Shown here piece after piece: positions 56,818-58,018 of a DNA stretch of 58,018 nt (positions within the stretch are counted from its first letter, which is position 1; every line of letters begins with the position of its first letter). Source of the DNA: Candidatus Eiseniibacteriota bacterium (GTDB lineage: Bacteria; Eisenbacteria; RBG-16-71-46; DASYSL01); assembly GCA_031431875.1 (NCBI GenBank), contig JANPEF010000055.1:1-58018 (forward strand). Reading direction: 5' to 3'. The position numbers were made by a program, and so were the translations under genes. The notes under the pieces were generated by a model, which was not told where the DNA came from, did no database searches, and saw nothing but the letters and a program-made list of their open reading frames with translations.

Positions 56818-58018
56818 GCCATCCGACGACTCACGCCGCCTTCGAACAGTCCGTCGCCCGGGTCGGTCAGGTCGACTTCAAGCGCGGCCGCCTGATCAGT
56901 TCCGCCCTCGTCCTCGTGGGGCTCGCCGGCTTCGCGTTCATGCTCGTCAACGGGCAGGTGAAGCAGGCCTGGCAGTCATACCTGGTGAATCTCGTGTTCT
57001 TCCTCGGGATCGCCCAGGCCGGAATCGTGTGGGTCGCGATCGCGCGCACGACGCGCGCCACGAAATGGGCGTCGAGCCTGGTCCGCTACGGCGAGGCGCT
57101 GTCGGCCTTCCTCCCGATCGGCTACGCCCTGGTGCTGGTCTTCCTGTTCGCCGGGGGAGCGACGCTCTATCCGTGGGTGAAGGAGCCGGTGGCCGTCAAG
57201 GCGGCGTGGCTCAACTGGCCGTTCTTCGTCGCCCGCAACGCGATCCTGATGGGCGCGCTCGTGCTGATGTCGCGCCATCTGATGGGCAAGTCGCTGCGGC
57301 CCGACCTGGGCGTGGCGAAGAACCTGGTGACCGGCAAGTGGAAGGACCTGTACGCCAAGCGCACGAACGGCTGGAAGGGCGACGCCGTCGAGGCGGCCAC
57401 CGCACAGAAGCAGCTGCTCGACCTGTCGCCGTGGTTCATCGTGCTCTACTGCCTGGTCTACACGGTCTGGGCGTTCGATGTGCTCATGTCGCTCGATCCG
57501 CACTGGGTGAGCACGCTGTTCGGCGCGTTCATCTTCATGAGCACGCTCTACACCGGACTGGCCGCGATGAGCCTGGCTGCGGTGTGGACGCGCGGCCCGC
57601 TGGGCCTCGACAAGGTCGTCTCGACCGAGCAGTTCCACACGCTCGGCAAGCTGCTGTTCTCGTTCGCGCTGTTCTGGGTCTACTCGTACTGGTCGCAGTT
57701 CCTGCCCATCTGGTACGCGAACCTGAGTGAGGAGACGCCGTACGTCGTGCTGCGCCTCAAGCCGCCGTTCGTGTCGTGGGCGTGGATCGTCTTCGCCTTC
57801 ACGTTCGCCATCCCGTTCCTCGGGCTCATGAACTGGACGACGAAGCGCAATCCGCTCCTGCACCAGGCCTTCGCGCTGATCGCCCTGATCGGCGTATGGC
57901 TCGAGCGGAACCTGATCGTCCTGCCGAGCGTGAATCCGACCGTGTTCGACCTGACGCTGCCGCAGCTTGGCGTGATGCTCGGCTTTCTCGGCGCGTTCCT
58001 GATCCCGTTCCTCAACTT
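56814..58018 (+). CDS. actF: Alternative complex III membrane subunit F (3' truncated by window)
   Basis: ATGA coupling. MSLDPHW.STLFG, GKLLF.F..FW.Y..WSQFLPIWY.NL.EE. Confidence 0.88.
   Translation, partial: MSHPTTHAAFEQSVARVGQVDFKRGRLISSALVLVGLAGFAFMLVNGQVKQAWQSYLVNLVFFLGIAQAGIVWVAIARTTRATKWASSLVRYGEALSAFLPIGYALVLVFLFAGGATLYPWVKEPVAVKAAWLNWPFFVARNAILMGALVLMSRHLMGKSLRPDLGVAKNLVTGKWKDLYAKRTNGWKGDAVEAATAQKQLLDLSPWFIVLYCLVYTVWAFDVLMSLDPHWVSTLFGAFIFMSTLYTGLAAMSLAAVWTRGPLGLDKVVSTEQFHTLGKLLFSFALFWVYSYWSQFLPIWYANLSEETPYVVLRLKPPFVSWAWIVFAFTFAIPFLGLMNWTTKRNPLLHQAFALIALIGVWLERNLIVLPSVNPTVFDLTLPQLGVMLGFLGAFLIPFLN

Noticed and set aside
1..58018. Many long overlapping and antisense ORFs; CRISPR, rRNA, intact tRNA or transposase
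   Set aside because: Long shadow ORFs are expected at this GC content, and none of the listed elements was seen.

Overview
This is high-GC bacterial DNA. An FCB-group lineage such as Ca. Eisenbacteria is inferred from gene content and a Fibrobacter-type LexA box. From left to right the window holds: (1) the start of a secreted/TPR cluster, a penicillin-acylase-like hydrolase, pyk and a flavin reductase; (2) a decayed ~4.7 kb islet (6765-11479) bounded by a 22/25 direct repeat, carrying a 5' half of tRNA-Ser(CGA), a HepT/MNT toxin-antitoxin pair, a broken Ser/Thr kinase and gene fragments; (3) gnd-fbp, an aldo/keto reductase, a GNAT, a hybrid histidine kinase and tnaA; (4) a lipoprotein/barrel/FN3/GT2 cluster; (5) pilT plus a DUF4388 fusion to a degenerate PilT, with divergent sigma54 promoters; (6) iscS-iscA-LOG; (7) a MacB-type ABC operon ending in a permease-AttH/CrtC fusion; (8) an operon under a Fur-like box encoding an ApbE flavin transferase fused to a porin, an FMN-binding protein and a His-bearing membrane protein, which is the best candidate for a new system; (9) a candidate ~170 nt sRNA; (10) a UDG divergent from a LexA-boxed small gene-dinB-dnaE2 cassette; (11) HigBA; (12) copper and cytochrome oxidase assembly genes; (13) a Rex-boxed alternative complex III operon (actABCDEF) that runs off the right edge. 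All family calls come from motif recognition by eye. No database searches were run.
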